A stretch of DNA of 64,000 nt from Heptranchias perlo (lineage: Eukaryota). The translations under genes were made by a program, and so were the position numbers. The notes under the pieces were generated by a model. It had not been told where the DNA came from and did not search any database. It saw only the letters and a program-made list of their open reading frames with translations. Location of the stretch: NCBI RefSeq assembly GCF_035084215.1, contig NC_090352.1, positions 744,001 to 808,000 on the forward strand, given 5' to 3'. Positions 1 through 13,770 of the stretch are shown piece by piece (the stretch's first letter is position 1; every line of letters begins with the position of its first letter).

Positions 1-281
1 CCGTGACCTGGAGCCAGCTGTGGGGGCACCCGTGACCTGGAGCCAGCGGTGGGGGCACCCGTGACCTGGAGCCAGCGGTGGGGGCACCCGTGACCTGGAG
101 CCAGCGGTGGGGGCACCCGTGACCTGGAGCCAGCTGTGGGGGCACCCGTGACCTGGAGCCAGCGGTGGGGGCACCCGTGACCTGGAGCCAGCGGTGGGGG
201 CACCCGTGACCTGGAGCCAGCTGTGGGGGCACCCGTGACCTGGAGCCAGCTGTGGGGGCACCCGTGACCTGGAGCCAGCTG
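1..281. repeat. 29-bp minisatellite (CCGTGACCTGGAGCCAGC[G/T]GTGGGGGCAC), about 9.7 copies, runs off the window start
   Basis: Directly visible tandem copies differing only at one G/T position. Confidence 0.97.
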
Positions 282-771
282 CTCTCCATCCATTTCCCTC
301 ACTGTGCGGCTGCTGATTTTGAGGTTGCCAACTGCAGCAGGAGATTGCAAATCGATGGTGAGGAATTTTCCGCAGATCTCCCCGTTTGCCCACCACAGGG
401 CACAGCACATTGGTGCACACTCCACCAGCTGCTCTCCTTAGAACAGAACGGCCCTGTACCTATTTGTTCTGCATTAATGGCCCAATGTTATGTAACAAAA
501 CCAGCAGAAGCTGCCTGTCCAACTGTTCACAATAAGGTAAGAATAAATGGATGTCAGCTTATTCTGCAGTGAATAATGTCCCGAGCTGTCTCATAAGCTG
601 TCTGTCAGATTTCTGACAAAGCCTCTTATTCTCTATCTTACATTTCACATTCCCCCTGTATTCAAACACAATTTTGCCATTTCCAATTTCCCTGTTCTTT
701 TCCTGTGTGCTCCTACTCCTGCTGGGGTATGAGTTCCGCTGTGTCACCTTGCTTAAGTCCCCGTCCTGCAT

Positions 772-1030
772 TTGTGGACAGTGAGTTTGGACAAGCTATT
801 CAACCATGAGGGAACCATGACTGACTGTCTTCACCTGATGTCCACACGCCTGTACTTCCCAGCGGGGGGGTCACTGGATAATGATGATTAACTGGAGCAA
901 GAGACTGGACTGACTCTCCCTCCCTGGCCCAGAATCACTGAGGCCGATCCTAACATTCTTACTGCCACCTTGGCAAGGACCAGCTAATTTGGCACAGACT
1001 GGGGATCAAACTTGGAAGCTTCTGCTTTAT
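772..1030 (-). mobile_element. Degraded tRNA-headed SINE-like element
   Basis: Minus strand reads CCAAGTTTGATCCCCAGTCTGTGCC (B-box-like). Similar body motifs (GCTATTCAAC...CACTTCC) recur near 39630-39750. Old and diverged. Confidence 0.4.
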
Positions 1031-1134
1031 TTGAGCCACTTAGAGGTAGACTTTAGTAACTTGGGAACGTGTTCAAAATATATCTATATAATTCTTCTTG
1101 GTAACACAGTCAAACTGCCTGTCCCTTGAAATCA

Positions 1135-1813
1135 ATGGGTGACACTTCGACAGTAACAGTGACTGTAATAGCAATGGGTGACACTGAAACAGTAATAGTG
1201 ACTGTAATAGCAGTAGGTGACACTGAAACAGTAATAGTGACTGTAATAGTAATGGGTGACACTGAAACAGTAATAGTGACTGTAATAGCAGTGGGTGACA
1301 CTGAAACAGTAATAGTGACTGTAATAGCAATGGGTGACACTGCGACAGTAACAGTGACTGTAATAGCAATGGGTGACACTGAAACAGTAATAGTGACTGT
1401 AATAGCAGTGGGTGACACTGAAACAGTAATAGTGACTGTAATAGCAATGGGTGACACTGCGACAGTAACAGTGACTGTAATAGCAGTGGGTGACACTGAA
1501 ACAGTAATAGTGACTGTAATAGCAATGGGTGACACTGAAACAGTAATAGTGACTGTAATAGCAATGGGTGACACTGCGACAGTAACAGTGACTGTAATAG
1601 CAATGGGTGACACTGAAACAGTAACAGTGACTGTAATAGCAATGGGTGACACTGCGACAGTAACAGTGACTGAAATGGGTAACACTGTGGCACTAACTGT
1701 GACTGTAATGGTAATATGTAATACTGTGGCAGTAACAATGACTGTAATAGAAACGGGTAACACTGCGGCAGTAACCGTGACTGTAATGGTAATGGCAAAC
1801 ACCGTGGCAGTAA
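1135..1813. repeat. 39-bp minisatellite (GACACTGAAACAGTAATAGTGACTGTAATAGCAATGGGT); homogeneous left end of the 37/39-bp satellite
   Basis: About 14 near-identical units grading at about 1680 into the diverged GTAACTGTGACTGTAATG satellite type. Confidence 0.95.
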
Positions 1814-2675
1814 CATAGAAACATTTAAGGCACAGAAGGAGGCCATTCGGCGCATTGTGTCCGTGCCGGTCAAAAAAGAGCTACTCAGCCACATCCCATT
1901 TTCCAGCACTTGGTCCGTAGCCCTGCTGCTCACGGCACTTCAGGTGCACATCCAAGTATTTTTTAAATGAGTTGAGGGTTTCTGCCTCTACCACCCTTTC
2001 AGGCAGTGAGTTCCAGACACCCACCACCCTCTGGGTGAAAAAAAGTTTCCTCTGCTCCCCTCTAATCCTTCTACGAATCACTTTAATCTACTAAGGGAAA
2101 TAGGTTCTCCCTATCCACTCTATCTCGGCCCCTCATAATTTTATACACCTCAATTAAATCTCCCCTCAGCCTCCTCTGTTCCAAAGAAAACAACCCCAGC
2201 CTGTCCAATTTTCCTCATGGCAAAAATTCTCCAGTCCTGGCAACATCCTCGTAAATCTCCTCTGTACCCTCTCTAGTACAATCACATCTTTCCTGTAATG
2301 TGGTGACCAGAACTGTACACAGTACTCAAGCTGTGGCCTAACTAGTGTTTTATACAGTTCTAGCATAACCTCCCTGCTCTTATATTCTATGCCTTGGCTA
2401 AGAAAGGAAAGTATCCCATTTGCCTTCTTAACCACCTTATATACCTGTCCTGCTACCTTCAGGGATCTGTGGACATGCACTCCAAGGTCCCTCACTTCCT
2501 CTACACCTCTCAATATCCTCCCATTTATTGTTTGCCCTCCCCAAATGCATTACCTCACACTTCTCTGGATTGAATTCCATTTGCCACTTTTCTGCCAACC
2601 TGACCAGTCTGTTGATATCTTCCTTCAGTCCACAGCTTTCCTCCTCACTATCAACCACAAATTTTGTAACATTTG
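1813..2675 (-). mobile_element. CR1 LINE, 5'-truncated 3' fragment inserted in the satellite
   Basis: ORF2 C-terminal motifs (KWQMEFNPEKCEVMH, LYKTLVRPQLEYCVQFWSP, FFTQRVVGVWNSLP) and the 3' end GAAGGAGGCCATTCGG with CATAGAA tail. Confidence 0.93.
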
Positions 2676-2717
2676 CTGTAGGACTCATCAACTCTGGGAG
2701 CAACAGTGACTGTAATG

Positions 2718-3707
2718 ACATTGCTGCAGGAGCTCCTCAAGGCAGTGTCCTAGGCCCAACCATCTTCAGCTGCTTCATCAATGATCTTCCCTCCATCATA
2801 AGGTCAGAAATGGGGATGGTCACTGATGATTGCAGTGTTCAGTTCCATTTGCAACCCCTCAGATAATGAAGCAGTCCGTGCCCGCAAGCAGCAAGACCTG
2901 GACAACATCCAGGCTTGGGCTGATAAGTGGCAAGTAACATTCGTGCCAGACAAGTGCCAGGCAATGACTATCTCCAACCACCTCCCCTTGACATTCAACG
3001 GCATTACCATTGCCGAATCCCCACCATCAACATCCTGGGGGTCACCATTGACCAGAAACTTAACTGGACCAGCCACATAAATACAGTGACTACAAGACCA
3101 GGTCAGAGGCTGGGTATTCTGCGGCGAGTGACTCACCTCCTGACTCCCCAAAGCCTTTCCACCATCTACAAGGTACAAGTCAGGAGTGTGATGGAATAAT
3201 CTCTACTTGCCTGGATGAGTGCAGCTCCAACAACACTCAAGAAGCTTGACACCATCCAGGACAAAGCAGTCTGCTTGATTGGCACCCCATCCACCATCCT
3301 AAACATTCACTCCCTCCACCACCGGCGCACTGTGGCTGCAGTGTGTACCATCCACAGGATGCACTGCCGCAACTCGCCAAGGCTTCTTCAACAGCACCTC
3401 CCAAACCCGAAACCTCTACCACCTAGAAGGACAAGGGCAGCAGGTACATGGGAACAACACCACCTGCACGTTCCTCTCCAAGTCGCACACCATCCCGACT
3501 TGGAAATATATCGCCGTTCCTTCATCGTCACTGGGTCAAAATCCTGGAACTCCCTTCCTAACAGCACTGTGAGAGAACCTTCACCACACGGACTGCAGCG
3601 GTTCAAGAAGGCGGCTCACCACCACCTTCTCAAGGGGCAATTAGGGATGGGCAATAAATGCCGGCCTCGCCAGCGACGCCCACGTCCCATGAACGAATAA
3701 AAAAAAA
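2718..3707 (+). mobile_element. Poly(A)-tailed LINE 'family B' (CR1/L2/Jockey-group RT), 5'-truncated copy 1
   Basis: RT motifs [18 protein letters not shown] and a degraded ADD. Ends GAACGAATAAAAAAAAA. Near-identical to three other copies in the window. Confidence 0.92.
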
Positions 3708-6700
3708 TGTGTAACACTGCGGCAGTAACTGTTACTGTAATGGTGATGGGTAATACTGGGAGTAACTGTGACTTTAATGGTGATGGTTAACTTTGGGAGT
3801 AACCATGACTGTAATGATGGTAGGTAACTCTGCGAGTAACTGTGACTGTAATGGTGATGGTTAACTCTGGGAGTAACTGTGACTGTAATGGTGATGGATA
3901 ACACTGTGCCAGTAAAAATGACTGTAATGGCAGTGTGTAACATTGCTGCAGTATTAATGACAGTAATGGTAATGTTAACACTGCGGCAGTCACTGTCTGA
4001 AGTGGTGATGGGTAACACTGAGGCAGTAACTGTTACTGTAATGGTTATGGGTAACACTGGGAGTAATTGTGACTGTAATGATGGTGGGTAATTCTGGGAG
4101 TAACTGTGATTGAAATTGTGATGGTTAACTCTGGGAGTAATTGTGAACGTAATGGTGGAGGTCAACTCTGGGAGTAACTGTGACTGTAAGGATGGTGGGA
4201 ATCTCTGAGAGTAACGGTGACGGAAAGGATGGTGGGAATCTCTGAGAGTAACGGTGACGGAAAGGATGGTGGGAATCTCTGAGAGTAACGGTGACTGTAA
4301 GGATGGTGGGAATCTCTGGGAGTAACTGTGACTGTAAGGATGGTGGGAATCTCTGAGAGTAACGGTGACTGTAAGGATGGTGGGAATCTCTGAGAGTAAC
4401 GGTGACTGTAAGGATGGTGTGAATCTCTGAGAGTAACTGTGACTGTAAGGATGGTGGGAATCTCTGAGAGTAACGGTGACTGTAAGGATGGTGGGAATCT
4501 CTGAGAGTAACGGTGACTGTAAGGATGGTGGGAATCTCTGGGAGTAACTGTGACTGTAAAGGTGATGGGTAACACTGTGGCAGTAAGAATGACTGAAATG
4601 GCAATGTTAACACTGTGGCAGTCTCTGTGTCTGAAATGGTGATGGGTAACACTGCGGCAGTAACTGTTACTGTAATTTTCATGGGTAACACTGGGCGTGA
4701 CTATGATTGAAATGATGGTGGGTAACACTGGAAGTAACCGTGATTGAAATTGTGATGGTTAACTCTGGGAGCAATTGTGAATGTAATGGTGGAGGTCAAC
4801 TCTGGGAGTAACTGTGACTGTAAGGATGGTGGGAATCTCTGGGAGTAACTGTGACTGTAAAGGTGATGGGCAACACAGGGAGTAACTGTGATTGTAATGG
4901 TAATGTGTAACACTGTGGGAGTAACTGTGCCTGTAATGGTCGTGGGTAACTCTGGGAGTAACTGTGATTGTAATGATGTGGGTAATTCTGGGAGTAATTG
5001 TGGCTGTAATAATAGTGGGTAACACTGGGATTTACTGTGACTGTAATGATGATGGTTAACTCTGGGATTAACTGTAACTGTAATGATGGTGGGTACGTCT
5101 GGGTTTAACTGTGACTGTAATCATGGGGGGTAACTCTGGGAGCAACTGTGACTGTAAAGGTGATGGGTAACACTGTGGCAGTAACAATGACTGTAATGGC
5201 AATGTGTAACATTGCTACAGTAATAATGACTGAAATGTTAATGTTAACACTGCGGCAGTCTCTGTGTCTGAAATGGTGATGGGTAACACTGCGGCAGTAA
5301 CTGTTACTGAAATCTAGATGGGTAACACCGGGAGTAACTGTGCCTGTAATGATGGTGGTTAACTCTGGGAATAACTGTGAGTGTAATGATGGTGGGTAAC
5401 TCCAGGAGTAACTGTGATTTTAATGATGGTGGATAAGTCTAGGTGTAACTGTGACTGTAATGGTGATAATTAACTCTGGGAGTAACTGTGATTGGTAGGT
5501 AATTCTGGGAGTAACTGTGACTGTAATGGTGATGGTTAACTTTGGGAGTGACTGTGACTGTAATGATGGTGGGAAACTCTGGGGGTAACTGTGATTGTAA
5601 TGATGAAAGTTAACTCTGGGAGTAACTGTGACTGTAATGGCGATGGTTAACTCTGGAAGTAACCATGACTATAATGTTGTTGGGTAACTCGGTGAACAAC
5701 TGTGACTGTAATGACGGTGTATATCTCTGAGAGTAATAGTGAATGTAATGGTGATGGGTAACACTATGGCAGTAACAATGACTGTAATGGCATTGTGTAA
5801 CATTGGTACAGTAACAATGACTGTAATGGTAATGTTAACACTGCAGCAGTCTCTGTGTCTGAAATGTGATAGTTAACACTGCTGCAGTAACAGTTACTGT
5901 AATTTTGATGAGTAACACTGGGAATGACTATGACTGTAAAGGTGATGGTTAACACAGGGAGTAACTGTAATGGTAATGTGGAAAGCTTTGGGAGTAACTG
6001 TGCCTGTAATGGTGATGGCTAACTCTGGGAGTAACTGTGATTGTAATGATGGTGGGTAACTCTGGGAGTAACTGTGACTGTAATGATGGTGGGTAACTCT
6101 GGGAGTAACTGTGACTGTAATGATGGTGGTTAACTCTGGGAGTAACTATGAATGTAATGGTGATGGTTGAATCTGGGAGTAACTGTGACTAATGATGATG
6201 GGTAGCTCTGGGAGTAACTGTGACTGTAAGGTTGATGGCTTACTCTGGTAGTAACTGTGACTTTAATGATGCTGGGTAACTCTGGGAGTAACTGTGACTG
6301 TAACGGTGATGGGTAACACTGTACCAGTAACAATGACTGTAATAGCAATGTTAACACTGCGGCAGTCGCTATGTCTGAAATGGTGATGGTTAACACTGCG
6401 GCAGTAACTGTTACTGTAATTTTGATGGGTAACACTGGGATTGACTATGACTGTAATGGTGATGGGTAACACAGGGAGTAACTGTGACTGTAATGGTGAT
6501 GTGTAACACTCTGGGCATAACTGTGCCTGTAATGGTTATGGCTAACTCTGGGAGTAACTGTGACTGTAATGGTGATGGGTGACACTTGGTGTAACTGTGA
6601 CTGGAATGATGATGGGTAAAACTGGGAGTAACTGTGACTGTAATGATGGTACGTAACTCTGGGAGTAACTGTGACTGTAATTATGGTGGGCAGTTCTGGG

Positions 6701-8363
6701 AGTAACTGTGACTGTAATGGTGATGGTTAACTCTGGGAGTAACTGTGACTAATGATGATGGGTAGCTCTGGGAGTAACTGTGACTGTAAGGTTGATGGTT
6801 TACTCTGCTAGTAACTGTGACTTTATTGATGCTGGGTAACCCTGGGAGTAACTGTGACTGTAATGGTAGTGGGTAACTCTGGGAGTAACTGTGATTGTAA
6901 TGATGTGGGTAATTCTGGTAACACTGTGCCAGTAACAATGACTGTAATGTCAATGATAACACTGCGGCAGTCGCTGCGTCTGAAATGGTGATGGTTAACA
7001 CTGCGGCAGTAACTGTTACTGTAATTTTGATGGGTAACACTGGGATTGACTATGACTGTAATGGTGATGGGTAACACAGGGACTAACTGTGACTGTAATG
7101 GTAATGTGTAACACTCTGGGAATAACTGTGCCTGTAATGGTCATGGCTAACTCTGGGAGTAATTGTGACTGTAATGATGGTGGGTAACTCTGGGAGTAAC
7201 TGTGACTGTAATGATGGTGGATAAGTCTGGGTGTAACTGTGACTAATGATGGGGGTAATTCTGGGAGTAACTGTGACTGTAATGGTGATGATTAACTCTG
7301 GGAGTAACTGTGACTGTAACGATGTTGGGTAACTCTTGGAGTAACTGTGACAGTAATGATGGTGGGTAACTCTGGGAGTAACTGTGACAGTAATCATGGT
7401 GGGTAACTCTGGGAGTAACTGTGACTTTAATGATGGGGATAACTCTGGGAGTAACTGTGACTGTAAAGGTGATGGGTTACACTGTGGCAGGAACGATGAC
7501 TGTAATGGCAATGTGTAACATTGCTACAGTAACAATGACTGAAATGGTAATGTTAACACTGCGGCAGTCTCTGTGTCTGAAATGGTGGTGGGTAACACTG
7601 TGGCAGTAACTGTTACTGTAATCTAGATGGGTAACACTGGGAGTAACTGTGACTGTAATGGTAATGTGTAACACTTTGGGAGTAAATGTGCCTGTACTGG
7701 TGATGGTGAACTCTAGGAGTAACTGTGACTGTAATGGTAATGGGTAACACCAGGTGTAGCTGTGACTGTAATGGTGATGGGTTACACTGGGATCAATGTG
7801 AGTGTAATGTTGATGGTTAACTCTGGATGTAACTGTTACTGTAATGATGGTGGGTAACATGGGGAGTAACCGTGACTGTAATGATGGTGGGTAACTCTGG
7901 GAGTAACTGTGATTTTAATGATGTGGGTAATTCTGGGAGTAATTGTGGCTGTAATAATGGTGGGTAACACTGGGATTTACTGTGACTGTAACGGTGATGG
8001 CTAATTCTGGGAGTAACTGTGATTGTAATGGTGATGGTTAACACTAGATGTAACTGTGACGGTAATGGTGATGGGTAACTCTGGGATTAATGTGACTGTA
8101 ACGTTGATGGTTAACTGTGACTGTAATGATGGTGGGTAACTCTGGGAGTAACTGTGATTGTAATGGTGATGGTTAACACTAGATGTAACTGTGACGGTAA
8201 TGGTGATGGGTAACTCTGTGAGTAACTGTGACTGTCTTGATGGTGGGTAACTCTGGGAGTAACTGCGACTGCAAAGATGGTAGGTATTTCTGGGAGTAAC
8301 TGCGACTGCAATGGTGATGGTTAACTCTGGGCGTAACTGTCACTGTAATGATGGTTGGTAACA
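3708..8363. repeat. Diverged 37/39-bp satellite (GGGTAACTCTGGGAGTAACTGTGACTGTAATGATGGT) with about 0.5-0.64-kb higher-order periodicity
   Basis: More than 100 monomers. A diagnostic GTCTGAA(A)TGGTGATG block recurs at about 3995, 4629, 5266, 5857, 6373, 6978 and 7575. A homogeneous 37-bp sub-array lies at about 4180-4555. Confidence 0.93.
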
Positions 8364-9849
8364 TTGAATTTTCAAGCCACCAGTGTTTTGTGGACAATTG
8401 GAAATGGTCAATGCTAATGGCTTGCACCTGTGGTGATGTCAAACATTACAAAACAGGGAGGCAGGCCATATTTTCCCTGGAATATCCAATCCTGCAGGCA
8501 TTGGGAGCTCCTTTCCCTGTCTCTCCATGCCATACCTCTCATGGGAAAGGAAAGAAGAAAAAGTCAAAAGAAGATTTAAAAGGAAGAGAAGCAACAGAGA
8601 AGATAAAGTGACAGACCCAAAGGGGAAGGGACAGAGAGAAAAACAGCATTACAAAGATAGGAGACAGGCAAGAGAGCGACCTACTTCATGTGTGCACGGA
8701 CTCGGAAGATCGACTCATGATATATTAGAAATCTTACACCTGTGTGCACTTCCTGGCTACAAAACCTTACTTCCTGTTGTCAAGGTTTTGTTACACTTTG
8801 TTAACTTTTGCCCAATTATAAATTCCAATGTTCACATTTACAGTGGGAACGGCCAATGGAAATTTGTCATGTTGTAATTACACCCTCCCACCAGTGGTGG
8901 CACTGTAGCACCTCAGTTGGGTTTTTTCCCTCAGCATCTGTAGGGAAACTCTCTGCTCCGACCAACTCCACGTCTCCGCTCCCTAAATTGCCTTACATTT
9001 TGCTATAAATATATATTAAAATCTTGTGTCTGTGACACTTGCTCCATTATAAATTCCTATGTCCACAATTATAATGGAAACTGCCTATGTAAACTGTAAT
9101 AACACCTCCCAACCAGTTGGAGGCACTCTTCCTGCTACCACTCCAAATCAAGGCGAAGGACCTTTGCTTCTCATTGAGAGGGAATCCAGCCCCATTTTGC
9201 TGGAGGGTGTGTGTTAAAATCACAGATCGTGCCCTAATCATGTCATCGGAGCCAGACCGGCATATTTAAAGAGGACCCTGCCAGCTTGGAGGGGGTGTCC
9301 CTGCTGCCGACAATTTAAAATTGCAATCGGCCAGATTGAGGTGGGAAAGAAATGGGTAAGTCCCCCACTCCATTGAACTTGTTTACGACAGTTCAGCGAG
9401 AGAACGTTGAATCGGTTTGAAGAAAACTTTACTCTGGAATCGTGACGGTAACGCTCAGTCTGGGAGCTATTGAGAAGCTGCAGCTAACTTTGTCCGTCCT
9501 GCTTGCAGGTCACGGAATGAGAGAGCTTAGGTGGGGCCTGGAGAGCAAACCTGTAATCCACTTACCGGAGTGGGGTTTGAGTTTTGTCTGTTGTAAGATG
9601 TTGAGTGAGGCTCCTTGTCTCAGGGACCCGGCTCACTCACTGCTTTCAATACCCCATCATTTTCACAGGTGAAGTGGTTTGTTCAGGCTGTGAGTCGGTG
9701 TGTTGCTGTGGTCTGGAAATGACTGTTTGCATCATTAGCTTATCAATGCATAACAAGTTTGTACAATGTAACTCTGTCCTGTATCTTAACTGAGCCATAA
9801 ACACATTTTTTAACCCACTAAAATAGCATGTGGTAATGTGATGTGACTG

Positions 9850-10549
9850 ATTTAAACACTTTCCGACCCCATATCCTCCCCATCACCAAGACCACCTACT
9901 TCCACTTCTGGATAACATCTCTGGTCTCTGCCCCTGCCTCAGCTCATCTGCTGCTGAAACCCTCGTCCATGCCTTTGTTACCTCTAGACTCAACTATTCC
10001 AATGCTCTCCTGACCGGCCTCCCATCTTCCACCCTCCGTAAACTTCAGCTCATCCAAAACTCTGCTGCCCGTATCCTAACTCGCACCAAGTCCCGTTCAC
10101 CCATCACCCCTGTGCTCGCTGACCTACATTGGCTCCCGGTCCAGCAAAATTCTCATCCATGTTTTCAAATCCCTCCATGGCCTCGCCCCTCCCTACCTCT
10201 GAAACCTCCTCCAGCCCTACAACCCTCCGAGATCTCTGTGTTCCTCCAACTCTAGCCTCTTGTGCATCCCTCACTCCCTTCGTCCCACCATTGGCGGCCG
10301 TGCCTTCAGCTGCCTCGGCCCGAAACTCTGGAATTCCCTCCCTAAACCTCTCCGCCTCTCTACCTCTCTCTCCTCCAATAAGATGCTGCTTAAAACATAT
10401 ATCTTTGGCCAAGCATTTGGTCACCTGTCCTAATATCTCCTTTTGTGGCTCAGTCTCAATTTTTATCTGATTACACTCCTGTGAAGTTGAGATGTTTTAC
10501 TGCATTAGAGGCGCTATATGAATGCAAGATGTTGTTGTTGTTGTTGTTG
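9850..10549 (+). mobile_element. L2 LINE 3' fragment with (GTT)n tail
   Basis: Encodes the L2 ORF2 C-terminus (ETLVHAFVTSRL..., KLQLIQNSAARILTRTK, ITPVLADLHWL). Ends GCGCTATATGAATGCAAGAT(GTT)6. Confidence 0.88.
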
Positions 10550-10824
10550 TACATTAATATTGCAAACAGTCATGGCTTACAAATAAAGAGAGAAAGTAAG
10601 ATTGAAAATGGGAGGAGGAATCTCCTGCTGCAGACATATGTTATATTGTAGCTACACACACTACCAGTCTTTAACTTTCTACATCACCCACGTGTGAATC
10701 GCTGCCGCTTTAGAAAAACAACTTTGATCTAAAGATGGAGGATCATTAAATAGAATTGTCGTGAAATACAACACATGAATATCGAATAGATTTTCACACT
10801 GTTAATGCAGCGTTAAACTGCCGG

Positions 10825-11759
10825 CTTCCCTCCATCATTAGGTCAGAAATGGGGATGTTCGCTGATGATTGCACAGTGTTCAGTTCCATTCGCAACCCCT
10901 CAGATAATGAAGCAGTCCGAGCCCGCATGCAGCAAGACCTGGACAATATCAAGGCTTGGGCTGATAAGTGGCAAGTAACATTCGCGCCAGATAAGTGCCA
11001 GGCAATGACCATCTCCAACAAGAGAGAGTCTAACCACCTCCCCTTGACATTCAACGGCATTACCATCGCCGAATCCCCCACCATCAACATCCTGGGGGTC
11101 ACCATTGACCAGAAACTTAACTGGACCAGCCACATAAATACTGTGGCTACAAGAGCAGGTCAGAGGCTCGGTTTTCTGCGGCCAGTGACTCACCTCCTGA
11201 CTCCCCAAAGCCTTTCCACCATCCACAAGGCACAAGTCAGGAATGTGATGGAATACTCTCCACTTGCCTGGATGAGTGCAGCTCCAACAACACTCAAGAA
11301 GCTCGACACCATCCAGGACAAAGCAGCCCACTTGATGCACCCCATCCACCACCCTAAACATTCACTCCCTTCACCACCGGCGCACTGTGGCTGCAGTGTG
11401 TACCATCCACAGGATGCACTGCAGCAACTCGCCAAGGCTTCTTCGACAACACCTCCCAAACCCGAGACCTCTACCACCTAGAAGGACAAGGGCAGCAGGC
11501 ACATGGGAACACCACCTGCACGTTCCCCTCCAAGTCAACACGCCATCCCGACTTGGAAATATATCGCCGTTCCTTCATCGTCACTGGGTCAAAATCCTGG
11601 AACTCCCTTCCTAACAGCACTGTGGGAGAACCTTCACCACACGGACTGCAGCGGTTCAAGAAGGCGGCTCACCACCACCTTCTCAAGGGCAATTCGGGAT
11701 GGGCAATAAATGCCGGCCTCGCCAGCGACGCCCACATCCCGAGAACGAATAAAAAAAAA
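10825..11759 (+). mobile_element. LINE family B, 5'-truncated copy 2
   Basis: MFADDCTVF RT motif, 3' end GAACGAATAAAAAAAAAA, possible imperfect TSD AAA(C/T)TGCC. Confidence 0.93.
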
Positions 11760-12565
11760 TTGCCATGCCGTTGGTGCCCACTTGCCTGTGTTACAGCTGA
11801 CACTTTTTCTGCCAACTCCATTCTGGGCGCCGCAGGTACCCCTCCCAGGAGTTGCAGCAATTTGCCTTTCACATCAGATACTTTAAAGAGGAGGCATCGG
11901 AACACTGAAAAATGGGGGGAATGCCCGGGGATGACGGGCTCCGTTTGTTCACAATTAATGGAAAGTAACATGTCCTTATCAGCTGCTTTGGGTATGATGT
12001 TATTTGTGGTGCTGGTTCATCTGCACACACAATAATCCAATAGGTCGAATGTTCCATCAACAGCTGGCTGAACGACACTGATTGCAAATGTGGGTAAATT
12101 GCACGTGTTTGGACTGCACGATCCAAATTCAGCTCACAAGAGTCACAGCCCTGGGCACAAATATAAAATCTAAGCTCAGGCTTTTGGGAGAGGCTGAGGC
12201 CTTCAAGTAAAAACTTTAATACAGATATTAACAGACACAAGAAGTAATTCAGTAGATATATTTAATGTATGAAATATGTACTTTTAAACTTGGTTTAAAT
12301 GTTTATTTTAGACATGAAAATTTCAGTTACTGAGAAAACAGAAAGATGAAAATAAATTCAGAAAGCACTTTGAGTGATTTGTGTGAATCGACAGCCACAT
12401 TGCACAATCACTGGGTGATATTCATTATAAAATAGAAGCTTTTGAGTGTCACACAGTGTTACACCCTTAACATTGAAAATACCCATCATAGCACCACCTA
12501 CAGGAGTAACAAGTACTGCAGGAACTTAGAATGAGTTTTCAATGAAACACTCATATGTAACTGTA

Positions 12566-13770
12566 TGTGTGAGAGTGCGGGGTTTGTGTGTGAGAGTGCG
12601 GGGTTTGTGTGTGAGAGTGCGGGGTTTGTGTGTGAGAGTGCGGGGTTTGTGTGTGAGAGTGCGGGGTTTGTGTGTGAGAGTGCGGGGTTTGTGTGTGAGA
12701 GTGCGGGGTTTGTGTGTGAGAGTGCGGGGTTTGTGTGTGAGAGTGCGGGGTTTGTGTGTGAGAGTGCGGGGTTTGTGTGTGAGAGTGCGGGGTTTGTGTG
12801 TGAGAGTGCGGGGTTTGTGTGTGAGAGTGCGGGGTTTGTGTGTGAGAGTGCGGGGTTTGTGTGTGAGAGTGCGGGGTTTGTGTGTGAGAGTGCGGGGTTT
12901 GTGTGTGAGAGTGCGGGGTTTGTGTGTGAGAGTGCGGGGTTTGTGTGTGAGAGTGCGGGGTTTGTGTGTGAGAGTGCGGGGTTTGTGTGTGAGAGTGCGG
13001 GGTTTGTGTGTGAGAGTGCGGGGTTTGTGTGTGAGAGTGCGGGGTTTGTGTGTGAGAGGGCGGGGTTTGTGTGTGAGAGTGCGGGGTTTGTGTGTGAGAG
13101 CGCGGGGTTTGTGTGTGAGAGCGCGGGGTTTGTGTGTGAGAGCGCGGGGTTTGTGTGTGAGAGCGCGGGGTTTGAGTGTGAGAGCGCGGGGTTTGAGTGT
13201 GAGAGCGCGGGGTTTGTGTGTGAGAGCGCGGGGTTTGTGTGTGAGAGCGCGGGGTTTGTGTGTGAGAGCGCGGGGTTTGTGTGTGAGAGCGCGGGGTTTG
13301 TGTGTGAGAGCGCGGGGTTTGTGTGTGAGAGCGCGGGGTTTGTGGGTGCGTGCGGGGTTTGTGTGTGAGAGCGCGGGGTTTGTGTGGGTGCGTGCGGGGT
13401 TTGTGTGGGTGCGTGCGGGGTTTGTGTGGGTGCGTGCGGGGTTTGTGTGTGAGAGTGCGGGGTTTGTGTGTGAGAGTGCGGGGTTTGTGTGGGTGCGTGC
13501 GGGGTTTGTGTGTGAGAGTGCGGGGTTTGTGTGTGAGAGTGCGGGGTTTGTGTGTGAGAGTGCGGGGTTTGTGTGGGTGCGTGCGGGGTTTGTGTGTGAG
13601 AGTGCGGGGTTTGTGTGTGAGAGTGCGGGGTTTGTGTGGGTGCGTGCGGGGTTTGTGTGTGAGAGTGCGGGGTTTGTGTGTGAGAGTGCGGGGTTTGTGT
13701 GTGAGAGTGCGGGGTTTGTGTGGGTGCGTGCGGGGTTTGTGTGTGAGAGTGCGGGGTTTGTGGGTGCGTG
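12566..13770. repeat. 21-bp minisatellite (GTGTGTGAGAG[T/C]GCGGGGTTT), about 57 copies
   Basis: Directly visible; explains the five long low-complexity ORFs in this interval. Confidence 0.98.

Noticed and set aside
1073-8442. Many Thr/Val-rich or His/Ser-rich ORFs resembling antifreeze or mucin-like proteins
   Set aside because: They are translations of a satellite, open on both strands, without splice signals, and interrupted by LINEs.
11940-12140. Unique non-repetitive stretch that might be a conserved intronic enhancer
   Set aside because: Conservation cannot be judged without multi-species alignment.
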